64,000 bases of DNA from Okamejei kenojei (Eukaryota): assembly GCA_035221665.1 (NCBI GenBank), contig CM069134.1, positions 57,164,001 to 57,228,000 on the forward strand, given 5' to 3'. Shown here piece after piece: positions 52,063-63,961 of this stretch. Each line of letters begins with the position of its first letter. The first letter of the stretch is position 1. The position numbers and the translations under genes are program-made. Below the pieces are notes generated by a model. The model did not search any database. It was not told where the DNA came from and worked only from the letters and a program-made list of their open reading frames with translations.

Positions 52063-55000
52063 TAACAATTTCTTTATTTGTTTTTGCTTAGCATGTGCTT
52101 ACTTTTGACTGGTTGAATTGGTAAGGGCTCTGTTGATTGGTAAAAAGATGCGTAATTCCCAGAGATTCTATCTTGCCAGCAGAATCCTCTCCGAACTGGA
52201 CAAGCTGTTTGACATCTTTCTTCCGGCTTTGCCCTTATGGTGAATCCAATGACACTGCAAAGAGACCAGCTTGATTTTCAATCGCCATTCGCTCCAGCTA
52301 CTTCTGGTCAGTTGTGATGACTTAGTTTTCCCAGTGACAATCCATGGTAGGGTTCTGATGCTGCTGTTCCTCCCCTGTATGTTCCTTCCTCATTTTGTCC
52401 AGTGTTGACCTGGGTGTGGGTTCTGTCCTGTGACAAGGATAGGCTTCATTACCAGAGGTACCTTGGCTTTCAGTTGCCGCATTTTGCATTTGTCATAACT
52501 ACCAATGGCACTTGCTGCCGAATCTTCTCTTGGACGGCACACCTTGCTCTCTTTACAACAATCAGCGTCAGTTATGATGCTCATGAACTCCTGCTTGGTC
52601 CTGGCTGGCTCTTTTCTTGCTCGTCATCACTGGTGCTTTCTTTTCTTCAGTGTTGAATTGGTGATGACTCCACCTTCAGTCAAAATGATGCAACATTCCT
52701 GGAGAATCTGCTTTGCTAGTAGAGTCCTACCCGAGCTGGTCAGGCTATTTAACATCTTTCTTCTGGCTTTGCCCTTCTGGTGAATCCAATGACACTGCAA
52801 AGAAGAGTCCAGCTTGGTTCTCAAACGTCGTTTGCTCCAGCTACTTCTGGTCAGTTGTGATGCCTTGGTTTTCCCTGTGACAAACCGTAGTAGGGTTCTG
52901 ATGCTCCTGTTCCTCCCAAGTATGTTCCTCATTTTGTCCAGTGTTGACTAGAGTGTGGGTTCTGTCCTGTGACAAAGATAGACTCCATTACCAGATATCC
53001 CTTGGGTTTCAGGAGTTGCTTTCTGCATTTGTCGTAACTAATATTAGCAGTTGCTCCTCTTCGTCATCCGGAACCCACTGAGGGCCCGTCTTCAGCTGCC
53101 GAGTCCTCTCTGGGACGGCTCCATCCGTCTTTCACGCTCCCCGAGGGCCCAGCTCACTCTCTTTATCCATCTCGCTTGGGTGACAAAATTGGGTCATGTC
53201 ATAACTATCTTTGCCACTTGCCCCTCTTCTTCTTCTTTCCGATACCCACTGCGGGGAAAGTCCAACCTCCGGCACGCACCGCAGACCCATCTTCAGCTGC
53301 CATATCCTCTCTCAGACAGCACATCTTGATCACGTTAACATCTTCGCTTGTGTTTCCCACCAACAAGCAGCGTCAATTATGATGCTCATGCTCTCCTGTT
53401 TGGGCCTGGCTGGGTCTTTTCCTCCTCGTCATCACTGATGCTTTCTTTTGTTCAGTGATGAATTGGTGATGGCTCCATCTTCAGTCAAAGGTGCATCATT
53501 CCTGGAGATTCTGCCTTGCAAGTAGAGTCCTCCCAGAGCTGGTCAAGCTAGTTGACATCTCTCTTCTGACTTTCCCTTATGGTGAATCCAATGGCACTGC
53601 AAAGAGGAGACCAGCTTGGTTCCTAATCATCATTAGCTCCAGCTACTTCTGTTCAGTTGTGATGCCTTGGTTTTCACCAGTGCCAATTCGTGGTAGAGTT
53701 CTGATGTTCCTACTGTTCCTCCCATGTATGTTCCTTCCACATTTTGTCCAGTGTTGATTTGGGTGTGGGTCCTGACCTGTGACAAGGATAGGCTTCATTA
53801 CCAGAGATTTCTTGGCTTTCAGGTGTCCCGTTCTGCATTTGTCGTAACTACCATTGGCAGTCGCTCCTCTTCGTCTTCTCTCCGTCCTCTGCCACCCACC
53901 AAGGGCCAGCCTTCATCCAACCTCCGGCACCCACAGCGGGCCCGTCTTCAGCTGCCATATCCTCTCTCAGACAGCACACCTTGCTCTCTTTAACATCCTC
54001 ACTTGTGTTTCCCACCAAGAAGCAGCATTAGTTATGATGCTCATGCTCTCCTGTTTGCTCCTGTCCTGGTATTTTCCTTCTCCTCCTCATCACTCGTGCT
54101 TTCTTTTATTCAGTGTTGAATTCAGTGTTGAATTGGTGATGGCTCTGTCTTCAGTCAACAAGATGCATCATTCCTGGTGATTGCTCGAGTCCTTCCAGAG
54201 TTAGTCATGCTATTTGACATCTTTCTTCTGGCTTTGCCCTGCCGGTGAATACAATGAAACTGCAAAGATTCCAGCTTCTTTCTCAATTGCCGTTAGCTCC
54301 AGCTACTTCTGGTCAGCTGTGGTGCCTCGGTTTTCAAAGCGACAATCCGTGGTAAGGTTTCTCAACGTATGTTCCTTCTTTCTTTTGTCCAGTGTTGACT
54401 TGGGTGTGGGTTCTGTCCTGTGACAAAGATAGCCTTCATTATCAGCGATCCCTTGGCTTTCAGGTGTCGCGTTTTGCATTTGTCGTAACTATCATTGCCA
54501 CTTGCTCCTATTCGTCTTCGCTCCGACCTCCAGCACTCGTCTTCAGATGCCGAGTCCTCTCTTGGGCGGCTGTATCCGTCTTCCTCGCTCCCTGAGGGCC
54601 CAGCTCCCTCTCTTTAACCACCTTGCTTGGGTGACGAAAGTGGGACATTTGTCATAACTATCTTTGCTTCTTGCTCCTCTTCTTCATCTTCTGTCCGGCA
54701 CCCACCGCGGTAAGGTCCAATCTCCGGCACCCACCACAGGCCCGTCTTCAGCTGCCAAATCCTCTCTTGGACGATACAACCTGCTCTCTTCAACATCCTT
54801 GCTTGTGTTTCCCACCAACAAGCAGCTTCAGTTATGAAGCTCATGATCACCTGTTTGGTCCTGGATGGGTCCTCGTCATCACTGGTATTTTCATTTGTTC
54901 AGTGTTAAATTGGTGATGGCTCCATCTTCAGTCAAAAAGATGCATCATTCTTGGAGATTCTGCCTTGTTAGCAGAGTCCTCCCCCAGCTGGTCAGGCTAT

Positions 55001-58000
55001 TTGACATCGTTCTTGTCTTAGCCCTTCTGGTGAATCCAATGACACTGCAAAAAGAAGTCCAGCTTGGTTCTCAATCGTTGTTAGCTCCAGCTACGTCTGG
55101 TGAGTTGCAATGCCTTGGTGTTCCCAGAGACAATCTGTAGTAGGGTTCTGATGCTCCTGTTCCTCCCATGCATGTTCCCCATTTTGTCCAGTGTTGACTT
55201 GGGTGTGGGTTCTGTCCTGTGACAAAGATAGGCTTAATTAGCAGCGATCCCTTGGATTTCAGGTGTTGCTCTCTGCATTTGACGTAACTACCATTGGCAG
55301 GTGCTCCTCTTCGTCTTCTCTCCATCCTCCATCACCCACTGAGGGCCCATCTTCGTCCAACCTCCAGAACCCACCGCGGGCTCGTCTTCAGCTCTCTTTA
55401 AACACCTCACTTGTGTTTTCCACCAACAAGCTGTGTCAGTTACTATGCTCATGCTCTCCTGTTAAGTCCTGGCTGTGTCTTTTCCTCCTCATCATCATCA
55501 CTGTTGCTTTCTTTTATTCTGTGTTGAATTGGTGAAGGTTTCATCTTCAGTCAGAAAGATGCATAATTCCTGGAGATCCCTGGAGTTCTTCCACAGTTGG
55601 TCAGGCTATTTGGCATCTTTCTTCTAGCTTTGCCCTGATGGTGAATCCAATGACACTGCAAAGAAGAGACCAGCTTGCGTCTCAATCATCGTTAGCTCCT
55701 GCTAATTCTGGTCAGTTGTGATGCCATGGTTTACCAAGAGACAATCCGTGGTAGGGTTCTCATGTTCCTGTTCCTCAATGTACGTTCCTTTTTTTCTTTT
55801 TTCTCAATTAAACAGATTGCATCTGTCAACTGTTAGATTTGCATCTGTTAGATTTCATAGAACCTCAACCTTCTCTGCTTCACGTTCCCGTGCTTTTCAG
55901 GACAAGCAAATCTTTCTACCCAGCCTGAAGATAAAATGCTAGTCTGGATTTTACATGAAGGCTACATATGTAAGCAAATAAAGTAATAAGGCATCCAGAC
56001 TAAAAATGCAAATTGCTGCTCTTTATGGTGCCTCTTAAAAGACTCAGCAGCCCAAGGACTGTTCTTTCAAGGTTCAAGAACAGCATCTCCCCGTCAACCA
56101 ACAGGTTCTTCAACCACATTACATTAGCAACACACTCCTTCTAAACCACAACAGACTGCATCACAATGGCTGCTCCACAAAGATTGTTTTTGTATTATCA
56201 TGGTCTACTTTCCTATAACTAATAATAACATAATGAGACAAGATATCCATCCGATTGCTGTGATGGATATCAACTCCAATAGATGTGAATATGATAATTT
56301 AATTATTTGTTATTGCTTAGCATGTGCTTTGTTTTGACTGGTTCAATTGGTATGGGCACCATTCATTGGTAAAAAGATGCGTCATTCACCGAGATTCTAT
56401 CTTGCCAGCAGAATCTTCTCTGAACTGGTCAAGCTGTTTGACATCTTTCTTCTGGCTTTACCCTTATGGCGAATCCAATGACACTGCAAAGTGACCAGCT
56501 TGAATTTCAATCGCCGTTAGTTCCAGCTACTTCTGGTCAGTTGTGATGACTTGGTTTTCCCAGTGACAATCCATGGTAGGGTTCTGATGCTGCTGTTCCA
56601 ACCCCTGTATGTTCCTTCCTCATTTTGTCCAGTGTTGACTTGAGTGTGGGTTCTGTCCTGTGACAAGGATAGGCTTCATTACCAGCGATACCTTGGCTTT
56701 CAGTTGTCGCCTTTCACATTTGTCATAACTACCGATGGCACTTGCTGCCGAATCTTCTCTTGGATGGCACACCTTGCTCTCTTTAACATCCTCACTTGTG
56801 TTTCCCAACAACAAGCAGTGTCAGTTATGATGCTCATGAACTCCTGCTTGGTCCTGGCTGGGCCTTTTCCTCCTGGTCATCACTGGTGCTTTTTTTCCTT
56901 CAGTGTTAAATTGGTGATGACTTCATCATCTGTCAAAAAGATGCATCATTCCTGGAGATTCTGCCTTGCTAGCAGAGTCCTTCAGAGCTGGTCAGGCTAT
57001 TTGACATCTTTCTTTTGGCTTTGTCCCGATGGTCTCGCTTGGGTGATGAAAGAGGGTCATTTGTCGTAACTATCTTTGATTCTTGCTCCTTTTTTTCATC
57101 TTCTCTCCAGCATCCAACGCAGGTCCGTCAAACGTCCGGCGCCCATCGCAGGCCCGTCTTCAGCTGCCGAATCTTCTCTTTGACAGCACACCTAGGCCTC
57201 TTTAACATCCTCGCTTGAGTTTCCCAACCAACAAGCAGCGTCAGTTCTCATGCTTATGATCTCCTCTTTTGTTCTGGCTGGGTCCTTCCCTCCTCGTCAT
57301 CACTAGTGCTTTCTTTTCTTCAGTGTTGAATTGGTGATGGCTCAATCTTCAGTCAAAAAGATGCATCATTCCTGGAGATTTGCTAGCAGAGTCCACCCCG
57401 AGCTGGTCAGGTTATTTGACATCTTTCAGCTTGGTTCTCAATCGTCGTTAGCTCCAGCTGCATCTGGTCAGTTGTGATGCCTTGGTTTTCCTAGTGACAA
57501 TCCATAGTACGGTTCTGATGCTCCTGTTCCTCCCATGTATGTTCCTCATTTAATCCAGTGTTGACTTGAGTGTGGGTTCTGTCCTGTGACAACGATAGAC
57601 TTCATTACCAGATATCCCTTGGGTTTCAGGTGTTGCTTTCTGCATTTGCCGTAACTACCATTGGCAGTTGCTCCACTTCGTCTTCTCTTCGACATCCGGA
57701 ACACACCGAGGGCCCGTCTTCAGCTGTCGATTCCTCTCTGGGACGGCTCCGTCCGTCTTTCACGCTCCCCGAAGGCCCAGCTCACTCTCTTTATCCATCT
57801 CGCTTGGGTGTCGAAATTGGGTCATGTAATAACGATCTTTGCCACTTGCTCCTCTTCTTCATCCTCTCCCCGGTACCCACTGCGGGCAAAGTCCAACCTC
57901 CGGCACCCACCGCAGTCCCATCCTCAGTTGCCAAATCTTCTCTTGAACGGCACATCTTGATCACTTCAACATCTTCGCTTGTGTTTCCCACCAACAAGCA

Positions 58001-61000
58001 GCGTCAATTCTAATGCCCATGCTCTCCTGTTTGGGCCTGGCTGGGTCTTATCCTCCTCGTCATCACTGATGCTTTCTTTTATTCAGTGTTGAATTGGTGA
58101 TGGCTCTGTCTTCAGTAAACAAGATGCATCATTCCAGGAGATTCCTAGAGTCCTTCCAGAATTAGTCATGCTATTTGACATCTTTCTTCTGGCTTTGCCC
58201 TGATGGTGAATACAATGACACTGCAAAGAGCCCAGCTTGGTTCTCAATTGCCATTAGCTCCAACTACTTCAGGCCTTGGTTTTCAAAGAGACAATCCGTG
58301 GTAGGGTTCTGATGCTGCTGTTCCTCAATGTATGTTCCTTCTTTCTTTTGTCCAGTGTTGACTTGGGTGTGGGTTCTGTCTTGTGACAAAGATAGGCTTC
58401 ATTACCAGAGATCCCTTGGCTTTCAGATGTCGCGTTTTGCATTTGTCATAACTATCATTGCCACTTGCTCCTCTTCGTCTTCTCTCCAACCTCCAGCACG
58501 CGTCTTCAGCGGCCGAGTCCTCTCTTGGGCGGCTGTATCCATCTTCCTCGCTCCCTGAGGGACCAGCTCACTCTCTTTAACCACCTTGCTTGGTTGACGG
58601 AAGTGGGTCAATTGTCGTAACTATCTTTGCTTCTTGCTCCTCTTCTTCATCTTCGATCCGGCACCCACCGCGGTAAGGTCCAACCTCCGGCACCCACCGC
58701 GGGCCCGTCTTCAGCTGCCAAATCCTCTCTTCGACGATGCAACTAGCTCTCTTCAACATCTTGTCTGTGTTTCCCACCAACAAGCAGCTTCAGTTGTGAA
58801 GCTCATGATCACCTGTTTGGTCCTGGATGGTTCTTTTCCTCATCGTCATTACTGGTATTTTCTTTTGTTCAGTGTTAAATTGGTGATGGCTCCATCTTCA
58901 GTCAAAAAGATGCATCATTCCTGGAGATTCTGCTTTGCTAGCAGAGTCCTCCCCCGGCTGGTCAGGCTATTTGACATCTTTCTTCTGCATTTGCCCTTCT
59001 GGTAACTCCAATGACACTGCAAAAAGGAGTCCAGCTTGGTTCTCAATTGTCATTAGCTCCAGGTACGTCTGGTGAGTTGCGATGCCTTGGTTTTCCCATA
59101 GACAATCTGTAGTAGGGTTCTGATGCTCCTGTTCCTCCCATGCATGTTCCTCATTTTGTCCAGTGTTGACTTGGGTGTGGGTTCTGTCATGTGGCAAAGA
59201 ATAGCTTAATTACCAGCGATCCCTTGGATTTCAGGTGTTACTTTCTGCATTTGACGTAACTACCATTGGTAGATGCTTCTCTTCGTCTTCTCTCCGTCCT
59301 CTGGTACCCACTGAGGGCCGGTCTTCGTACAAACTCCGGAAACCAACGTGGACCCGTCTTCAACCAACAAGCAGTAGCAGTTATGATGCTCATGCTGTCC
59401 TGTTAAGTCCTGGCTGTGTCTTTTCCTCCTCCATCATCATCACTGTTGCTTTCTTTTAGTCAGTGTTGAATTGGTGAAGGTTCCATCTTCAGTCAAAAAG
59501 ATGCATCATTCCTGGAGTTCATCCAGAGTTGGTCAGGCTAGTCGACATCTTTCTTCTGGCTTTGCCCTTATGGTGAATCCAATGGCACTGCAAAGAGGAG
59601 ACCTGCTTGGTTCTCAATCATCGTTAGCTCCAGCTACTTATGGTCATTTGTGATGCCTTGGTTTTCACCAGTGACAATCCGTGGTAGAGTTCTGATGCTG
59701 CTGTTCCTTCCACATGTATGTTCCTTCCACATTTTGTCCAGTATTGATTTGGGTGTGGGTTCTGACCTGTGACTAGGATAGGCTTCATTACCAGAGAATT
59801 CTTGGCTTTCAGGTGTCCCGTTCTGCATTTGTTGTAACTACGATTTGCAGTTGCTCCTCTTCGTCTTCTCTCCGTCCTCCGGCACCCACCAAGGGCCCGC
59901 ATTCGTCCAACCTCCGGCACCACTGCGGGCCCGTCTTCAGCTGCTGTATCCTCTCTCGGACAGCACATCTTGCTCTCTTTAACTTCCTCGCTTGTGTTTC
60001 CCGCCAAGAAGCAGCATCAGTTATGATGCTCATGCACTCCTGTTTGCTCCTGACCTGGTCTTTTCCTCCTCCTCGTCATCACTGGTGCTTTCTTTTATTC
60101 AGTGTTGAATTGGTGACGGCTCCGTCTTCAGTCGTCAGTCAAAAAGATGCATCATTCCTGGAGATTCCTAGAGTCCTTCCAGAGTTAGTCATGCTATTTG
60201 ACATCTTTCTTCTGGCTTTGCCCTGAATACAATGACACTGTAAAGAGTCCAGCTTGGTTCTCAATTGTCGTTAGCTCCAGCTACTTCTGGTTAGCTGTGA
60301 TGCCTCGGTTTTCAAAGCGACAATCCGTGGTAAGGTTTCTCAACGTATGTTCCTTCTTTCTTTTGTCCAGTGTTGACTTGGGTGTGGGTTCTGTCCTGTG
60401 ACAAAGATAGCCTTCATTATCAGCGATCCCTTGGCTTTCAGGTGTCGCGTTTTGCATTTGTCGTAACTATCATTGCCACTTGCTCCTATTCATCTTCTCT
60501 CCGACCTCCAGCACCCATCTTCAGCTGCCAAGTCCTCTCTTGGGCGGCTGTATCCGTCTTCCTCGCTCCCTGAGGGACCAGCTCACTCTCTTTAACCGCC
60601 TTGCTTGGGTGACAAAAGTGGGCCATTTGTCGTAACTATCTTTGCTTCTTGCTCCTCTTCTTCATCTTCTGTCCGGCACCCACCGCTGTAAGGTCCAAAC
60701 TTCGGCACCCACCGCACGCCCGTCTTCAGCTGCTGGATCCTCTCTTGGACGGCATACCTTACTCTCTTTAACCTCCTCAGTTGTGTTTCCCGACAACAAG
60801 CAGCGTCAGTTATGATGCTCATGAACTCATTGGTCCTGGCTGGGTCTTTTCCTGGTCATCACTTCTTTGCTTCTTGCTCCTTTTCTTCATCTTCTCTCCA
60901 GCATCCACCACAGGTCCGTCAAACATCCGGCACCCATCGTGGGCCCGTCTTCAGCTGCCGAATCTTCTCTTGGACAGCACACCTTGCTCTCTTTGACATC

Positions 61001-61575
61001 CTAGCTTGTGTTTCCCCACCAACAAACAGAGTCAGTTCTGATGCTCCAGTATGGTCATGGCTGGGTCTTTTCCTCCTCGTCATCACTGGTGGTTTCTTTT
61101 GTTCAGTGTTGAATTGGTGATGGCTCCATCTTCAAGCAAATAGATGCATTATTCCTGGAGATTCTGCCTTGCTTGCACAGCCCTTTCAGACATCTTTCTT
61201 CTGGCTTTGCCCTGATGTTGAATCCACTGTCACTGCAAAGAACAGTCCAGCTTGGTTCCCCATCGGCGTTAGCTCCAGCTACGTCTGGTCAGTTGTGTTG
61301 TCTTGGTTTTCCCCAGAGACAATCTGTGGTAGGGTTCTGTTGCTGCTGTTCTCCCATGTATGTTTTCTGCTCGGTCATTTCCTCCTCCTTTTGTCTAGTG
61401 TTGACTTGGATGTGGTGTTTGTCCTCTGACAAGGATAGGCTTCATTACCAGAGATCCCTTGGCTTTCAGGTGTCACTTTCAACTTTTATTGTACCTATTG
61501 CAACATGCTCCTCTTCTTTATCTTCTCTGTGACAACCACTGTGGGCCAGTCAGCAACCCGACAATTGTTTTTTCT

Positions 61576-61640
61576 AGGTTCAAGAACATCTTCCCATCAA
61601 CCATCAGTTTCTTGAACCACATTGCACCAGCAACACATTT
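61576..61640 (+). mobile_element. 3'-end fragment of a Rex1/Babar-type LINE (terminal copy; homologs in all full spacers, e.g. 3103-3180)
   Basis: Translates SRFKNIFPSTISFLN here and RFKNSISPSTIRFLN in the spacers, matching the RxxNSFFPxxIRLLN C-terminal motif of Rex1/Babar-like ORF2 (DUF1891). Confidence 0.6.
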
Positions 61641-62580
61641 CAGAACCGAAAGCACAATTCTACTCACTTTTGCATTATGTTCATTATTTGTTTGGTCTTC
61701 ATCAAAATAGCCGAAACCCTCTCAATAAAACAGAATGCATCTGTCAACCACTTGGCTGTTAGATTTCATAGAACCTCAACCTCCTCTGCTTCATGTTCCC
61801 GCGCTTTTAAGGTCAAGCAAATCTTGAGGCGACAATTATCTTTAATGAGTCTAATAACTTCTGCATGTCTTCAAACTCACCTCTTCACAACCTACTTTCT
61901 AAGCCAAACTCAACCTTTTCCTCTGGTTTTACATAGTCCATTACCAACCCTAAAACCTCTCAGGTCAGGCACTATATGCAGGCACAGGTTTTATCAAACA
62001 CCAATAACACGCCAATTGTGTCCCATGCATTACGAGCAAGCATTATGAAGTATCTAATGTTAAGATTTCCAGACATCTTGAACAGTCATGTTATAATCAC
62101 CAGTGGCCTTCATTACAGCATCAAATGCTTTGTTGAGATAATAAAAATTAAACATGCTAATCACACCCAGATCCATAAGTTGGAGGAGGGATGTAGTGTT
62201 CAACTTGAATATTTCTGTTCCTGCAATTTATGTTCTCACAATGACATTACTAATAAATTATGACACATGCTACAAAGTCTGAACATCGATTCTTCATCTG
62301 AACTATACTTGCATGTTTCTTAATTAAGCATTACAAAAATCGAGAAATAGGACATCCTGACATAAAAAATGCAAACAGCAGACTTAGGGAGTAAAATATT
62401 CAGCAGCTCTTACCAGACCTTTAGCTGTTCTGGACGAAGGAATGTTGTAGATGTACTTCATCTTCTCGGACAGGGGACAATTATCTCCCTGGACGGATCA
62501 CGTGCAAAATCTGGTCAAGTTAAGTTCACTGACCTTCAGTGAGTTTGACAGCTGAGGACTGGTAGCACTGATCTCACTCT
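61640..62580 (-). pseudogene. Decayed Tigger/pogo-family DDE transposase (TIGD1-like), with many frameshifts and stops
   Basis: Manual minus-strand translation gives, in the expected order: NIQV / LNTTSLLQLMDLGVISMFNFYYL (starting 62203; compare PNTTSLLQPMDQGVI) / VQDVWKS / NIRYFIMLARNAWDTI / NLCLHIVPDLRGF / KVGCEEV / EDMQKLLDS / LSPQDLLDL / AREHEAEEVEVL*NLTAKWLTDAFCFIE / DEDQTNNEHNAKVSR. Support upstream of ~62270 is weak and no TIRs were seen. Confidence 0.78.
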
Positions 62581-62591
62581 TCAGATTAATC

Positions 62592-63959
62592 CAAAAGGGA
62601 CACACAGTTGCAAACGGGGCACACAGTTGCAAACGGGGCACACAGTTGCAAACGGGGCACACAGTTGCAAAAGGGGCACACAGTTGCAAAAGGGGCACAC
62701 AGTTGCAAAAGGGGCACACAGTTGCAAAAGGGGCACACAGTTGCAAAAGGGGCACACAGTTACAAAAGGGGCACACAGTTGCAAAAGGGGCACACAGTTG
62801 CAAAAGGGGCACACAGTTGCAAAAGGGGCACACAGTTGCAAAAGGGGCACACAGTTGCAAAAGGGGCACACAGTTGCAAAAGGGGCACACAGTTTGCAAA
62901 AGGGGCACACAGTTGCAAAAGGGGCACACAGTTTGCAAAAGGGGCACACAGTTGCAAAAGGGGCACACAGTTACAAAAGGGGCACACAGTTACAAAAGGG
63001 GCAGCACAGATTCAAAAGGGGCACACAGTTGCAAAAGGGGCACACAGTTGCAAAAGGGGCACACAGTTGCAAAAGGGGCACACAGTTGCACACAGTTGCA
63101 AAAGGGGCACACAGTTGCAAAAGGGGCACACAGTTGCAAAAGGGGCACACAGTTGCAAAAAGGGGCACACAGTTGCAAAAGGGGCACACAGTTGCAAAAG
63201 GGGCACACAGTTGCAAAAGGGGCACACAGTTGCAAAAGGGGCACACAGTTGCAAAAGGCAACAGTTACAAAAGGGCACACAGTTGCAAAAGGCGCACACC
63301 AGTTGCAAAAGGGGCACACAGTTGCAAAAGGGGCACACAGTGCAAAAGGGGCACACAGTTGCAAAAGGGGCACACAGTTGCAAAAGGGGCACACAGTTGC
63401 AAAAGGGGCACACAGTTGCAAAAGGGGCACACAGTTGCAAAAGGGGCACACAGTTGCAAAAGGGGCACACAGTTGCAAAAGGGGCACACAGTTGCAAAAG
63501 GGGCACACAGTTGCAAAAGGAGCACACAGTTGCAAAAGGGGCACACAGTTGCAAATGGGGCACACAGTTGCAAAAGGGGCACACAGTTACAAAAGGGGCA
63601 CACAGTTACAAAAGGGGCACACAGTTACAAAAGGGGCACACAGTTACAAAAGGGCACACAGTTTACAAAAGGGGCACACAGTTACAAAAGGGGCACACAG
63701 TTGCAAAAGGGGCACAGTTGCAAAAGGGGCACACAGTTACAAAAGGGGCACACAGTTACAAAAGGGGCACACAGTTACAAAAGGGGCACACAGTTACAAA
63801 AGGGGCACACAGTTACAAAAGGGGCACACAGTTACAAAAGGGGCACACAGTTACAAAAGGGGCACACAGTTACAAAAGGGGCACACAGTTGCAAAAGGGG
63901 TACAGTTGCAAAAGAAGCACACAGTTGCAAAAGGCGCACACAGTTGCAAAAGGCACACA
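62592..63959. repeat. 19-bp minisatellite (gcaaaaggggcacacagtt)n, ~70 copies
   Basis: Directly visible. Variants are gcaaacgggg (first few units), acaaaagggg (clustered after ~63590) and degenerate units at the ends. Confidence 0.98.
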
Positions 63960-63961
63960 TT

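Larger units (their letters stand above)
40600..52550. repeat. Higher-order repeat copy 3 (partial, with several internal deletions)
   Basis: Spacers A ~41910, B ~44372, C ~47490, D ~51498. Colinearity with copies 1 and 2 is lost after ~52550. Confidence 0.8.
1..61530. repeat. Complex tandem satellite (macrosatellite) of ~550-800 bp related monomers punctuated by ~540 bp spacer modules
   Basis: The same motifs recur head-to-tail in one orientation: ccagtgttga(c/t)ttgggtgtgggttctgtcctgtgacaa (~750, ~1396, ~2193...), tggtgaatccaatgacactgcaaa, gggcccgtcttcagctgcc, cagtcaaaaagatgcatcattcctggagat. The ORF track repeats the same broken peptides (WVWVLSCDKDRLHYQR, SSVKKMHHSWRF). The array runs off the left edge of the window. 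Confidence 0.97.

Noticed and set aside
3-61532. Hundreds of 60-200 aa ORFs in the satellite
   Set aside because: They occur in all frames and both strands, and starts, stops and frames are not conserved between near-identical copies. No recognisable domain apart from the transposon fragments listed.
62592-63959. CRISPR array, telomeric repeat or V(D)J recombination-signal array (cacagtt heptamer-like)
   Set aside because: There are no unique spacers, the unit is not TTAGGG, there is no nonamer at 12 or 23 bp spacing, and the context is eukaryotic with no cas or V genes.
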